Source of the DNA: Shigella phage SGF2
Sequence record: MN148435
Strand: one strand, 5' to 3'
DNA length: 64,000 bases
Shown: one piece after another, positions 42,166 to 51,635 of the stretch
How positions within the stretch are numbered: position 1 is the first letter of the stretch
How the letters are laid out: each line of letters opens with the position of its first letter
Notes under the pieces: generated by a model
What the model was told of the DNA's origin: nothing
What the model saw: only the letters and a program-made list of their open reading frames with translations
The model's database searches: none
Translations under genes and position numbers: made by a program

Positions 42166-42171
42166 ATATCC

Positions 42172-43374
42172 TTAGTAGTTTACAACAGTACCATCATTCA
42201 GGGTAAGGCTATTAATCTGCAACACACGACCAAGCTGACGATCGCTAATCGGTGCGTTCCAGCCAGAGCGGTAGAAGTTACGACCACAGAAGAACAAGAT
42301 CACATTACTTGCTACAGTCGAACCGTTTTCAGGATGCTTGATGTTAGCGATATAATAACCACGACGCAGATTACGACGGGTTACCGGGTTGATCTCTAAC
42401 CCTTGTTCTTCAACTTGCATTGTTTCAGGGACAGGCTCCGAAGATTCTTCAGCAACTGGCTCGGAGCTTTCCGCTGACAGTGCGTAATCCTCATCACCTG
42501 CTGGTGAAAATGTTTCTTCCACTTCTTCAACAGGGAGTTCGTATGCAACACGATAGTCAGGCTCAACACCAGAGAAGCTCTTAACAAACTCAACGATATT
42601 GTGAGTGTAAGTTTCCAGAGTTGTTCCAGTCAGTCCCGGAGCTGTGTTAACTTCCAGAACCCAAGCGTTAGTATTTTTACTAATCAGGTCAACAGCACCG
42701 AAGTTCAAACCCAGAGCAGATACAGCTTTGTGAGCTTGAATCAGAACTTGATCAGGAGGTGCATCTTGGAAGTTTGAGGAATAAACCCAACCAGTATGAT
42801 GGTTACGAATATCTTCACGATAGCTTTCCAGTTCACGATAACCGTTACGACGAATCTTCTTCTGAACGTAAGTGATAACACCCTCAAACACATGGACACG
42901 CCATTCACGACGTGGGCCTTGGATGCCTTTGGTGTACAGAGGAGCATCCGCAACACCTTCTCGCGTAAGACGAACAGTAATACCTTCTCCAGAGTGACCA
43001 GTTAAGGTTCCACGTTCATAAACAATTTCATTCCGGTTCCAGTTCTGAGCTACTTCACGATCGACGGTGTATTCAACAGTTTTGACTTCAGCTAAACGCA
43101 GTGCGTTAAATGCTGCAACTTTGTTAGCCGCTCGGTTCAAGGCAACCACAGAGTTCAACACAGTTGCGCCACCGAAGAAAGAATCATTGTATCGACGGTT
43201 TCCGTAGTTGACAACAATATCACCAACACGAGAACGGTAACGAGAACCCTCTGATACCAGAGACATTACGTTAGCATTTAAGCGAAGTTCCTGAATCTTA
43301 GTGTTAATTGCAGAAGTAAGTTCACGAACTGAATCAGAAGGGCCATAAGGAAGAATACGGATACGAGTAGTCAT
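42172..43374 (-). CDS. ATP-grasp family ligase
   Basis: GAVDLISKNTNAWVLEVNTAPGLTG = ATP-grasp C-terminal catalytic motif; acidic insert SAESSEPVAEESSEPV. Confidence 0.65.
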   Translation of the reverse strand: MTTRIRILPYGPSDSVRELTSAINTKIQELRLNANVMSLVSEGSRYRSRVGDIVVNYGNRRYNDSFFGGATVLNSVVALNRAANKVAAFNALRLAEVKTVEYTVDREVAQNWNRNEIVYERGTLTGHSGEGITVRLTREGVADAPLYTKGIQGPRREWRVHVFEGVITYVQKKIRRNGYRELESYREDIRNHHTGWVYSSNFQDAPPDQVLIQAHKAVSALGLNFGAVDLISKNTNAWVLEVNTAPGLTGTTLETYTHNIVEFVKSFSGVEPDYRVAYELPVEEVEETFSPAGDEDYALSAESSEPVAEESSEPVPETMQVEEQGLEINPVTRRNLRRGYYIANIKHPENGSTVASNVILFFCGRNFYRSGWNAPISDRQLGRVLQINSLTLNDGTVVNY

Positions 43375-43376
43375 TG

Positions 43377-43601
43377 TTAGATACCTTTAAGTTTAAGAAT
43401 TTCGTTACGAGTTTTTTGAATCTGAGCTTCAATTTCGAAGTAGTCGTTGAACGCATCGTTCTCTACTTCATCGGATGGTGCATCAATCAGACCGAAAGCG
43501 AACGGATACAGCTTTCGCTGCTCCGTTACTAATTCGATATGAACTCCTATGTAATACTGTAGGAGAGTGATCTTCGGTTTCTTAGGAACCAGATTTGACA
43601 T
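43377..43601 (-). CDS. hypothetical protein
   Basis: 74-aa ORF between ATP-grasp and amidotransferase genes. Confidence 0.3.
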   Translation of the reverse strand: MSNLVPKKPKITLLQYYIGVHIELVTEQRKLYPFAFGLIDAPSDEVENDAFNDYFEIEAQIQKTRNEILKLKGI

Positions 43602-43815
43602 GAGGTTCTACCTTAATGCCTTTGATTTTTACATAATCAGCAAGCACGTTGTTGATCACCGTTGGGAAAGGAACCTCAACCTGTGTCTCAAGTACTTGAC
43701 CAATACCAGCTTGCATCCACTTCTGGATTGCACGAAGGTTATCACATCCTGTGCTCGTCATCGGGATACGTCGAGTAGTTACAACGTTATCCAGCATCAT
43801 CTTACGAATTTCCAT
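43582..43815 (-). CDS. hypothetical protein
   Basis: 77-aa ORF. Confidence 0.3.
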   Translation of the reverse strand: MEIRKMMLDNVVTTRRIPMTSTGCDNLRAIQKWMQAGIGQVLETQVEVPFPTVINNVLADYVKIKGIKVEPHVKSGS

Positions 43816-43817
43816 AC

Positions 43818-45848
43818 TTAACCTCTATTCAATGAACATTTAGGAGAATTACAATAAACTTGATTCATAGAACCAAGCGTACAACTTTCAGCATCGCGCC
43901 ACGGAATCTGCTTAAAACACTCTGAGCAGTAGCCGAGGGTTGACCACATGGCTTTGGTGAAGTCAGTGCTTCGGTTTCCGTCGAAGCTGACAACAGTTTT
44001 GCGGAGAGCTGTTCGTGATTCAGGAAACACACCTGCTTTCTCAGCAGGTTCCTCCTTTTTTGGCTTAGTTGAGATTGCAAAAATACTGTTGCTACGTTTC
44101 TCAACATAAGCATCAACAACATCCTCCAGAGTGATGCCTGTCTGTTTCGCTGAGGAAGGTAATACAGTCATACGACCAATCATATCTTCAGTTACACGTA
44201 AAGCAAATTCAGGACGACGGGCGTTTGTTGTATCTGTTGCTTTAATCCAGACATAACCATCTTTGATCGTAGCATTAGATACTTTCTTCTTTACATCTAC
44301 AGCGCAGACTTTACAGATATCTTCACCACGAAGACGACTAAGTTCATCATCGAACTCGTTCTCTGTTTTAACTTCACCGCAGATTTCACAAACACCAATA
44401 GGAGTTTCCTCCTCTTCTTCATCTTTAGGTTTAGTCAAACCTTCCAGACATTCAGGGTGCCAGTAGCACTGATATGCGAAGACTGCTTTAGGTGCATCCT
44501 TCCAATCAATGTGTTTGTCACAACCACCGCAATCACCATGAGAGTGTGCTTCCCAGAATTTACGAGTGATAGTAACGCCATTCTTATTGACGAAACTATC
44601 ATTCATGTCAAAAGGGATATCATCATCGAAGTCAGCGGTAGTAGACTCAGGCTCCTTTTTCTCCAGAGATGGGTCAACAAAACGACCTGCTGTGATCACT
44701 AAACGAACCATAGCATTAACTTCGGAGATGCAGGATACTGTCCCACGGTAAACAATTTTAGGGTCTTTCAGGGCATCCTGATAAGCCTTAATGTCTACGT
44801 TATGAACATCACCTTCGATATACTCTTGAGACTTCTCATCGTAGATATAACCAATCATCTTACCACGAGAAGGAACAGCACCAGCTGTTGCATAAGGAAC
44901 AAACTCATGTGGTGTGATTTCCACAGTCATATCGCGGCGAATGTCAATGTTTCGATCGCTTGCGATTTTGTTTTGACTTACCACTGCGTTTCTTCGACGA
45001 ACGTCTGCCGCTGTCACTCCCGGCTTCGTGTCGTAAGGATTGCTTGTACTGCTTTTTGAGGAACTTTGATAATTGCTTTGGCTGTAGTTGTTCGAGTAGT
45101 AATTGCCCCAACGATTGATTACCGTAAAAACCGGAAGCTCGTGGGCGACCTCTTCAACTAGAGTCATACTGTTGTTTGACATGTCAAAGATATACTCTGT
45201 ACCAACTTTACATTCAAAGTGCTCATCAATACGGTTCTTGTGAGACTTAGAACGCTTCAGAATCCACATCAACATGTCTTCTTCAGAAGCACCAAACCAA
45301 TCTCTGTTACAACGTGCGAGATGGAATGGACGCTCTTCGTTACGGATGATATGAAGACGGTTGTCAGAAGCATCATGCCAGATTAAGGTGAAAGCACCAT
45401 CCAGCTTTTGAATAGTCTCTGCTGCACCAATAGTGTTAATAGAGTGGCAGATGTTCTCACTGTCTACCTCGAAGTTTTTGCTGTCAGGTAACAGATCTTG
45501 GTCCATCAAGGTTCCGTTATGAACCAGAGTGATGTTACCATGTTGGAAAGGATGGGCGTTCTTGGCGTTAACTGCACCTTTCGTTGCATGACGGCTATGA
45601 CCAACAATCCATGAAGGTGCTACAGTGTAAGCTGTTTCACCAGTGGTGTGCTTCTTGTACTCATCTTGAAGGATGAATGCGAAAGAAGGAAGGGCTTCTT
45701 TATAGGTGAAGACTTCCTTAGTGCTCTTACGCTGACCAAAGATACCAGAGGAATGTTGTCCTCGGAACACTCCAGCATAAAAGAGTTGGTTGAATACGTC
45801 TAAATCAGTGCTTGACAGATTACCGCCAGCTAATACGATGCCACAAAT
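43818..45848 (-). CDS. class-II (Ntn) glutamine amidotransferase-like protein with C-terminal Cys-rich Zn-ribbon region
   Basis: reading frame extends upstream of track start to I-CGIVLAGGNLSS... (Ntn Cys nucleophile pattern); AGGTGG RBS; no in-frame ATG after a TAG, so ATT start or readthrough implied; C-terminal CxxC clusters. Confidence 0.55.
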   Translation of the reverse strand: MCGIVLAGGNLSSTDLDVFNQLFYAGVFRGQHSSGIFGQRKSTKEVFTYKEALPSFAFILQDEYKKHTTGETAYTVAPSWIVGHSRHATKGAVNAKNAHPFQHGNITLVHNGTLMDQDLLPDSKNFEVDSENICHSINTIGAAETIQKLDGAFTLIWHDASDNRLHIIRNEERPFHLARCNRDWFGASEEDMLMWILKRSKSHKNRIDEHFECKVGTEYIFDMSNNSMTLVEEVAHELPVFTVINRWGNYYSNNYSQSNYQSSSKSSTSNPYDTKPGVTAADVRRRNAVVSQNKIASDRNIDIRRDMTVEITPHEFVPYATAGAVPSRGKMIGYIYDEKSQEYIEGDVHNVDIKAYQDALKDPKIVYRGTVSCISEVNAMVRLVITAGRFVDPSLEKKEPESTTADFDDDIPFDMNDSFVNKNGVTITRKFWEAHSHGDCGGCDKHIDWKDAPKAVFAYQCYWHPECLEGLTKPKDEEEEETPIGVCEICGEVKTENEFDDELSRLRGEDICKVCAVDVKKKVSNATIKDGYVWIKATDTTNARRPEFALRVTEDMIGRMTVLPSSAKQTGITLEDVVDAYVEKRSNSIFAISTKPKKEEPAEKAGVFPESRTALRKTVVSFDGNRSTDFTKAMWSTLGYCSECFKQIPWRDAESCTLGSMNQVYCNSPKCSLNRG

Positions 45849-45927
45849 TTTCTAATCCACCTGAAGGGTAAACCCTTTCATCTAATTAACCTTTAAATTG
45901 TGCCCCTTTATCAGAGGCACCCATTGA

Positions 45928-47031
45928 TTACAGCGCTTGCTCTAACTGATTTTCCAGATGATCTGGAATGTACCCTGTGATATTGCTATCACTGTGACCT
46001 GACTCACGCAGTAAGTCAAAAATAGCACGGATACGTTGCTCTGGTGCAGATCGTACAGTAGATAGATCAGTTGTACGAAGCATAACCAGAATCTCTTGGT
46101 ACAAGTTGTTAGCGTTCCCTCGGACATATCCAAGGAATCCGTAGAAGTCTGAGATATGACGTAGATCAACAAGAACTTCTCCGTTGGAGTTGGTTCGACG
46201 TAAACGAATACGACCAGACTGTTCTACTTCATGAGAACGACAATACAAAACATCACGGGCCATACAATAACCTGAATGCAAATCCGATTCATCCAGATTG
46301 TAATCCAGAGGAAGGTAAGGAAGCATTGGGGCAAATCGTACAGTATTTAAATGCTCAATAAACTGATCATTGCTCATCTCTGCGTTATCTAAAGCCAGCT
46401 TCTTCAACATCAAGAAGCGGTTAACCAGATTGAGAAGTTGACCACGTTTCCACTTAGGCTCACTGATACGGAACTCGATCGAACCGTATTGGGCAAGTGG
46501 CAGAAGATTCAGGGATGTATACTTATCCCATGAACGAACCAGACGGTTGAAGAATTCTTCATCGTCGTAGTTAAATGCGTCAGAGGCATTCATTACCTGT
46601 GCTTGTACCACTGCGAAAGCAGGGCAGAAGTTGCTACGGTAACGATGATAGCCTGAACACTTGAACAACATCTTTTCATAGAAGGTCCAAGCGAGAATGG
46701 TTTTCTTGAGGATATTACTATCAGCATCCCTCATATCCATATGAACGTGAGTAGAGCAACGCCAAGTCCCCTCGGCGTGCGATTCAGCTACTGCTTCACT
46801 CAGGTTGTTGATAGCGTCTAACAACTCCTGTCCGTTGTAAGGTCGTGAACATACCATTTCACAGCCATTACGCAGGGAACCATCCTCTGTACAATCCCAC
46901 ATATCTGCTTCGATATGGTCGGAGCCTTCGAGTTCTAGTTCGATACCGACACCGCACTGAAGTGCAATTGAACTATGCGCCTCAGTTAAACGACCTTCTC
47001 GATATCCAAAAGTTTGCGCTACAGTTGTCAT
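45928..47031 (-). CDS. glutamine-synthetase-like amidoligase (carboxylate-amine ligase fold)
   Basis: VGIELELEG...EDGSLRNGCEMV...GTWRCSTHVHMD resembles GS-like amidoligase motifs. Confidence 0.5.
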   Translation of the reverse strand: MTTVAQTFGYREGRLTEAHSSIALQCGVGIELELEGSDHIEADMWDCTEDGSLRNGCEMVCSRPYNGQELLDAINNLSEAVAESHAEGTWRCSTHVHMDMRDADSNILKKTILAWTFYEKMLFKCSGYHRYRSNFCPAFAVVQAQVMNASDAFNYDDEEFFNRLVRSWDKYTSLNLLPLAQYGSIEFRISEPKWKRGQLLNLVNRFLMLKKLALDNAEMSNDQFIEHLNTVRFAPMLPYLPLDYNLDESDLHSGYCMARDVLYCRSHEVEQSGRIRLRRTNSNGEVLVDLRHISDFYGFLGYVRGNANNLYQEILVMLRTTDLSTVRSAPEQRIRAIFDLLRESGHSDSNITGYIPDHLENQLEQAL

Positions 47032-47645
47032 AACGAATCCACCAACGTAATATTATAATTGCTAAGGTTTTCAGAAATGTGATGAAAGTGTTCCAGAAGT
47101 CGCATCGGTTGCTGACCATAAGAGTCACGAGGCGCTTCCAGATCTACTTGCCCTACCAGTGCACCTTTATAATGCACCTTACCATCCGTAGGGTTGATGT
47201 AAATATAACGAGTGACCAATCCATCAAACTCTGGATTGAATAGACTGTAAACCATCTCCCCAGAGATAGAACGACCAATCCCAGGAGCATTTCGAATCTT
47301 GTTACCCATCAAACCCTTTGCTCTCTGACGAACAGGGTTAATGTGAGTCCAGCTTACAGTGTTACCGTTATGGAACAGATAACCAACATCAGGTGATTCA
47401 AGAATCAAGGTTGGGTCGAACACTGGAATATTCATCGTAGTGTTTCGAAGGTGCCCTTGCTCATTCTTGTACCACTGCTCTACAACAAAATACAGAGCCT
47501 GTTCTGCTTCGTGAGAGAAGTCATCGCTGCGGAAGTTACCGCTCTGCTCGACACCAATCACAAAACATGGAAGGTTGATATTACCTGCTCGTTTAGCAAT
47601 CCATGTACCATTATAGTAATGAGAAAAATCAGCTACTAAGCTCAC
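47028..47645 (-). CDS. hypothetical protein
   Basis: 205-aa ORF, translationally coupled to neighbours. Confidence 0.35.
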   Translation of the reverse strand: MSLVADFSHYYNGTWIAKRAGNINLPCFVIGVEQSGNFRSDDFSHEAEQALYFVVEQWYKNEQGHLRNTTMNIPVFDPTLILESPDVGYLFHNGNTVSWTHINPVRQRAKGLMGNKIRNAPGIGRSISGEMVYSLFNPEFDGLVTRYIYINPTDGKVHYKGALVGQVDLEAPRDSYGQQPMRLLEHFHHISENLSNYNITLVDSL

Positions 47646-47654
47646 GATAACCTC

Positions 47655-48461
47655 TTATGCTACCTGAAGGAGTTTGATCTGCTGGTCCGCTTCTTTAACG
47701 TTGTTGCCGTTAATGATTTCATGAAGCTTCTCAATCGGAAGGCGAGAGTGTAATGCCATCAGAGTGGACATATCACACTGCTGAACAACTTTGTCAACCT
47801 GATCGTAAACAAACTTACGGTTTTCACGATCGCTAATCCAGAAGTTAGACAGTGAACGGTATTCGATACCATAGTCTTTATAACGGATTGCAGACGCTTT
47901 ACCGTAGAGTTCTTTACGGCGAGTATCTTTATCCATAATAACTGCTGGGAGGGACAGGAAGTAGTCACACAGCACACCCAACATCATCTGAGTTTGCAGG
48001 GTGATATCCAAAGCACCAACTACGCCGAGATGTACGTGACCACCGGCAGTACGAAGCCCTTTATTCTGAGAAGTCGGGGATGGATTCTTCTGACCAGTGA
48101 AAGCGTTGAAATCAGGAGTACATCCGAAGATGAACGCTGATTCATTGAAAGTCTTCATCTCTTCTTCAGTGAAGATGTGAGAGCTAACACCCGGAGCTGT
48201 TTCCATGTCCAGTTTGTTCAGGACATTGTTGGTGAGATCGATACCACGTTGCATGTTATCGTTAAACGCTTCAAAGCCGCTCTGTGGGTCAATATCAAAC
48301 TCAGCCAGTACGTTGTCCTCTTGAAGACGAACATCCTTAGCCAGAGTGATCTTATCGTCCTTAGAACAACCTAACAGACCAGCTACAGAGGTGATAATAC
48401 CATTGCTGGTACGAACAAACATTTCAGGGTCAGAGCCGATAAGGAATTTGCGCTTAGTCAT
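47655..48461 (-). CDS. hypothetical protein, possibly second divergent GS-like ligase
   Basis: N-terminal FLIGSDPEMFV loosely resembles GxExE strand of amidoligases; weak. Confidence 0.3.
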   Translation of the reverse strand: MTKRKFLIGSDPEMFVRTSNGIITSVAGLLGCSKDDKITLAKDVRLQEDNVLAEFDIDPQSGFEAFNDNMQRGIDLTNNVLNKLDMETAPGVSSHIFTEEEMKTFNESAFIFGCTPDFNAFTGQKNPSPTSQNKGLRTAGGHVHLGVVGALDITLQTQMMLGVLCDYFLSLPAVIMDKDTRRKELYGKASAIRYKDYGIEYRSLSNFWISDRENRKFVYDQVDKVVQQCDMSTLMALHSRLPIEKLHEIINGNNVKEADQQIKLLQVA

Positions 48462-49425
48462 TGTAATACTCCACTAGTTCAGAAAAGAGAGATGAGATTG
48501 TGTTACCAACTTCTTCAGTAGTAAGGCCAGAGCTTGGACCAGTACGCTGAATTAGTCGGGCTGTAAAGTTTTGTACTGTAATGTTTCCCAACTTGTCGTC
48601 TATTGATTCACGTTTGTGACCATAACAGTTGGACCAGAGTCTTAACCACTCTGACATTGTTTCATACTCGTCCGGGTCTTGATCTTTAGCACGAGCAAAT
48701 CTTCGTAAGGCATCTTGGTTATGGTTACGAACATAACCGTCCTTGTTGTCACCAACACCGAAGGGGTTTTGCACCCATACTTGTTTCGTGTATTCATCAG
48801 AGTCTACAACCAAAGGAAGGAATGCTGCTGCTGACATATTGTTATTAACAACAATAGAGGTGCTCTCGCTACTCCCATTGGCTCTTCCTCGTTGAGACCA
48901 TCCACCGAAGAAGTCACGACCCAACCCAGCTAACACTAGAGCGATGCCGATGCGCTTACGCTTCAGCCACTCTTCCCTGTCTTCAATTCCTTCTGCTAGG
49001 AAATCCATTCCACGATACTGCCCTTCCAGAATGCTACGGAAGAGCATAAGTCCTGTGAAGATTTGATCTGCTGGATGCTCACGGAGGTTGACAGCAACAC
49101 TATTCGCTGAAGTGATCGTAAATATACCACGATAGCAAGACATAGAGTTCATAATGTCTGCTGTTTCAACCAAGTTCTTTTCAATGTCAGATGCAGCGAG
49201 ACCATGAAAAGAGTGAGTCCAGTAATTCAACATCTCCAATTGCAAGTTAATGTCACGGTTGAAGCGTTTATGACGCCCTTCTTCCATGACACATTCGTCA
49301 TTAACATCATATACGACTTGACCTTGCATGTAGTTGTGAATACCGAAGCACCCACGACCTAAGAACTTCTGTTCCCCTAAATCCTGTTGAAGATTAAGAG
49401 GTACGATCGTTGTGGAGATTGCCAT
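48454..49425 (-). CDS. hypothetical protein
   Basis: 323-aa ORF. Confidence 0.35.
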   Translation of the reverse strand: MAISTTIVPLNLQQDLGEQKFLGRGCFGIHNYMQGQVVYDVNDECVMEEGRHKRFNRDINLQLEMLNYWTHSFHGLAASDIEKNLVETADIMNSMSCYRGIFTITSANSVAVNLREHPADQIFTGLMLFRSILEGQYRGMDFLAEGIEDREEWLKRKRIGIALVLAGLGRDFFGGWSQRGRANGSSESTSIVVNNNMSAAAFLPLVVDSDEYTKQVWVQNPFGVGDNKDGYVRNHNQDALRRFARAKDQDPDEYETMSEWLRLWSNCYGHKRESIDDKLGNITVQNFTARLIQRTGPSSGLTTEEVGNTISSLFSELVEYYND

Positions 49426-49435
49426 AACTAACCTT

Positions 49436-50632
49436 TTATTTTCCTAAAAATAATCCGCTCATAATACCATCCCATTCAGAGGATGGAAACACCGAATACT
49501 CTGAACTTTGGTCCAGAGTTCCGCTACTGAATCGCTGAACAATATTATAAATATTGAACATATCTTTAGTCTCAGCGCGATAAGCGTAGACTAATCTGTC
49601 AGCTGTTCTTTCATCTTTAGATACCCGACGAGCAAAGGTAACCAGAAGGTTGTCACCTTTGAGTATTTCTGACTCATCTTTTACTAGATCAGGGTGCATA
49701 ACCGGCAAGAACATCGAGTTATTAACTCGTAATTCTGCTGTTTCATCATTCTCATAATGAATCCACTTAAAGTCTTCATCACGGAAGTGACCGCATCCAT
49801 CTCTGTACGACTGCTGACGCCAAGGCACTTTAAACGCTTCAGTATACTTATCAGCCATACCAACTGTAAATAGCGACGCTGGGAAGATACAAGCATCCCA
49901 ATCATTACCGACCAGAGTTGCTTTCGTTTCACCCAAGAGGTTAGTGTAAGTGCTAACCATTCGTGAGTAAACGTAAGCCTGAAGAATTGTCCAGCCTTCA
50001 ACCAACCATTTATGAAGGAAGGTTTCAACTTGACTCTCTTCATCTTCACAATAGAAGGTTCGATCTAACATCAAATAGAACAGACAACGATCAGCAGGAA
50101 CATTCTCAGTTGCTACCCCCATAAAACCTTTCTCGTGCCAGCGTAAACAGGAGGGACGATCTTTGTCCACAAATGCTTCCATAGCTTCCAGTACAGCACG
50201 AGGTGTGGTTTGATGTTCAGGATTTTTATTATTCCAACGATCAATGTTATTCTTAGGAGGTGTGTCTTCATCTTCATACGAACACCAACTTAAAGCTTCA
50301 GCTACGTGCTTTTCATCACGCCAGCGTCTAAAACCTAACATCTTCATGTGAGTTCCGGAGTTCCAGATATGCTTGATTTTACACATATCCATCTCTCGGC
50401 TTAACAGGAACTCTTCCCCATCAGCACTACGAACGTTAGCTTCTTCATGCCACACTCGAACGTGCATATTCCACCCATGAGTTGCCTCATACATGTTAGG
50501 GTCGAAGTATTCATCTTCGTCATCGTCTTCATCAACGCCACCGTTATAGTTGCGAAGCTGAAGGAACCCATAACAAGGAGGGTTGACCGTTAAAACATTA
50601 CCTTCAGTATCTTCTAATGTTACTGGAAACAT
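49436..50632 (-). CDS. hypothetical protein
   Basis: 398-aa ORF, Trp/acidic-rich. Confidence 0.35.
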   Translation of the reverse strand: MFPVTLEDTEGNVLTVNPPCYGFLQLRNYNGGVDEDDDEDEYFDPNMYEATHGWNMHVRVWHEEANVRSADGEEFLLSREMDMCKIKHIWNSGTHMKMLGFRRWRDEKHVAEALSWCSYEDEDTPPKNNIDRWNNKNPEHQTTPRAVLEAMEAFVDKDRPSCLRWHEKGFMGVATENVPADRCLFYLMLDRTFYCEDEESQVETFLHKWLVEGWTILQAYVYSRMVSTYTNLLGETKATLVGNDWDACIFPASLFTVGMADKYTEAFKVPWRQQSYRDGCGHFRDEDFKWIHYENDETAELRVNNSMFLPVMHPDLVKDESEILKGDNLLVTFARRVSKDERTADRLVYAYRAETKDMFNIYNIVQRFSSGTLDQSSEYSVFPSSEWDGIMSGLFLGK

Positions 50633-50643
50633 TATACCAACCT

Positions 50644-51006
50644 CTATTGGTTTTTAATCAACTCGATCGACTTACGGATATAAAGAATATCTCGGAAGTT
50701 TCGATAGTTGTTCATAAATTGGTGCTTCTGGAAAGTAGCTTCTTCCAGAGATTTCTTTGCTTCTGCGTAGTTTTTACGGGCAAGATGTACAACCCGCTCT
50801 GGTAACACATTTGCACGACGGATGATATACTTGTGAGCCTTCATGTTGCTTTGCTCACGAGCAATCTTACCTTTAGCAACTTTGATACCATTTGCAATCC
50901 AAGCAAGTTCTTGCTCAAGCTCATCGTTGGACATTCCACCGAGATTTGATGCAACCTTGTTCAGAGTTTCAATATTAACGTTGCCCTTAATGGGACGTGT
51001 ATTCAT
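50644..51006 (-). CDS. hypothetical helical protein
   Basis: 120-aa ORF. Confidence 0.35.
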   Translation of the reverse strand: MNTRPIKGNVNIETLNKVASNLGGMSNDELEQELAWIANGIKVAKGKIAREQSNMKAHKYIIRRANVLPERVVHLARKNYAEAKKSLEEATFQKHQFMNNYRNFRDILYIRKSIELIKNQ

Positions 51007-51007
51007 A

Positions 51008-51163
51008 CTTACTCCTGTTGTTTACACTCGTCAATAACCCACTGATAAGTGGATTGCCCAGAAAAGAAACACTGAATAAATCCAGATGTTCTCTGCGTTA
51101 CCAGTGCTAGTGCACAAATCACTACCGCTGCTGCTAGCAGTTTTAAATCTAATTTAGACATAT
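51008..51163 (-). CDS. small membrane protein (50 aa)
   Basis: ORF below cut-off MSKLDLKLLAAAVVICALALVTQ...; RBS GAGAGG; directly after terminator. Confidence 0.3.
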
Positions 51164-51180
51164 TTCCTCTCATTGAATTT

Positions 51181-51206
51181 AAAAAAGGACTCTCCGAAAA
51201 GAGTCA
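51181..51206 (-). terminator. rho-independent terminator (minus strand)
   Basis: minus-strand GACTCTT-TTCGG-AGAGTCC then TTTTTT. Confidence 0.55.
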
Positions 51207-51234
51207 AGCTTTAAATCCAAAAAGATATTACCCA

Positions 51235-51390
51235 ATATCTGTGGATAACCTGCTCTTAAAATATCTATCCGACGGATGTTTGAGGAACATTCCTCGCCCT
51301 AGCATCGGCCCCATACGGGAAATATATTAAGATTAGGTTAGTTGAGTCAGAATAACTCACATAGCCCTCAGAAGAAGGCTATAGATGTTA
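51235..51390. repeat. repeated non-coding element R1 (3' of small-protein family gene)
   Basis: shares GGATGTT.GAGGAACA...CCTAGC...CACATAGCCCTC..hairpin..GGCTATA...GTTAC blocks with element at 56290-56425. Confidence 0.4.
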
Positions 51391-51392
51391 CT

Positions 51393-51635
51393 CTACTTAT
51401 CCCCACCAAAGGCGAGGTAGGCATCTTTGATTTCAGTAACCTGTGAATCAGGTTTGAATGCAGACAGGTGTCCTGTGTTCAGGTTAACTGCGTTGGCAGG
51501 GATGATGCAACCCTCAACTTTAGTGTCAGGGATTCTCATGTAGTAACTTGAAAAGTGCTCAGCTGAGAAAACTTCCCCAATAGAGATATCACCAATCTTC
51601 GCTAGAACATCCTTAGCTGGTTTCCCTATTTTCAT
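51393..51635 (-). CDS. small paralogous-family protein (member A)
   Basis: 80 aa; family pattern IGDISIGEVF...YYMR...AVNLNTGHL. Confidence 0.45.
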   Translation of the reverse strand: MKIGKPAKDVLAKIGDISIGEVFSAEHFSSYYMRIPDTKVEGCIIPANAVNLNTGHLSAFKPDSQVTEIKDAYLAFGGDK

